A stretch of 48,120 nt of DNA from Ferroacidibacillus organovorans (lineage in GTDB: Bacteria; Bacillota; Bacilli; Alicyclobacillales; SLC66): positions 1 to 48,120 of the forward strand of contig NZ_LSUQ01000019.1 in NCBI RefSeq assembly GCF_001642725.1. The letters run 5' to 3'. A program made the position numbers and the translations under genes. This document shows positions 47,738-48,120 of this stretch, piece by piece. The first letter of the stretch is position 1. Each line of letters opens with the position of its first letter. Below the pieces are notes generated by a model. It had not been told where the DNA came from. It was given only the letters and a program-made list of their open reading frames with translations, and did no database searches.

Positions 47738-48120
47738 TTACATTTGATCCCGCAACGCGTTTTCCAACACTTGATCCATATGCTCAACGAACACAAGATT
47801 CAGATGTTGACGAACCGTTTCTGGAATATCCTCCATATCTTTTGCGTTGTCTCGCGGCAAAAGCACCGTTTGTATCCCTGCGCGATGAGCACTCAAACAT
47901 TTTTCCTTCACCCCACCGATAGGCAAAACGCGTCCGCGCAGTGTAATTTCTCCTGTCATGGCGACATCGCGGCGAATCGCCCTTCCCGTCAGCGCAGAAG
48001 CGAGCGCCGTCGCCATGGTAATCCCGGCAGATGGGCCGTCCTTTGGAATCGCTCCTTCCGGAACGTGGATGTGAATATCGTGATTCTCAATAAAATCGCC
48101 AGGGATGGAAAGCTCATGCG
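47738..48120 (-). CDS. lon: Lon protease, C-terminal part (partial; begins beyond the window)
   Basis: The frame stays open to the window edge: [17 protein letters not shown] (catalytic Ser), MTGEITLRG and IGGVKEK (catalytic Lys). Confidence 0.97.
   Translation of the reverse strand, partial: HELSIPGDFIENHDIHIHVPEGAIPKDGPSAGITMATALASALTGRAIRRDVAMTGEITLRGRVLPIGGVKEKCLSAHRAGIQTVLLPRDNAKDMEDIPETVRQHLNLVFVEHMDQVLENALRDQM

Overview
This is a chromosomal window from an endospore-forming Bacilli-class firmicute. Gene order and style suggest Alicyclobacillaceae/Paenibacillaceae, which is inference only. Almost all genes are on the minus strand and follow the conserved backbone lon-engB-[EamA, +]-hemAXCDBL-spoVID-ysxE/cotS-like-valS(T-box)-folC-murC-pilD/comC ... 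spoIIB-like-maf-radC-mreBCD-pbp2. Two pilus systems are inserted in it. One is a Tad/Flp cluster (flp-tadV-tadE-tadG-cpaB-cpaE-tadA-tadB-tadC-DUF192), preceded by a soluble DegS/DegU-like two-component pair whose promoter carries three Spo0A boxes. The other is a retractile type IVa pilus operon (pilD-pilB-pilT-pilC-major pilin-pilMNO-three minor pilins). The best finding is a BrxC/YtxJ bacilliredoxin gene (8175..7843, minus) whose catalytic Cys codon is an in-frame TGA followed by a SECIS-like hairpin, so it is probably a selenoprotein; the ORF track truncates it. The ORF track also misses a partial class B PBP (1..1443) and a 53-aa membrane micro-protein behind a sigma-K-type promoter (26147..26308). 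No mobile element, CRISPR array, rRNA or tRNA was seen. All protein calls come from motif recognition by eye, not database searches.
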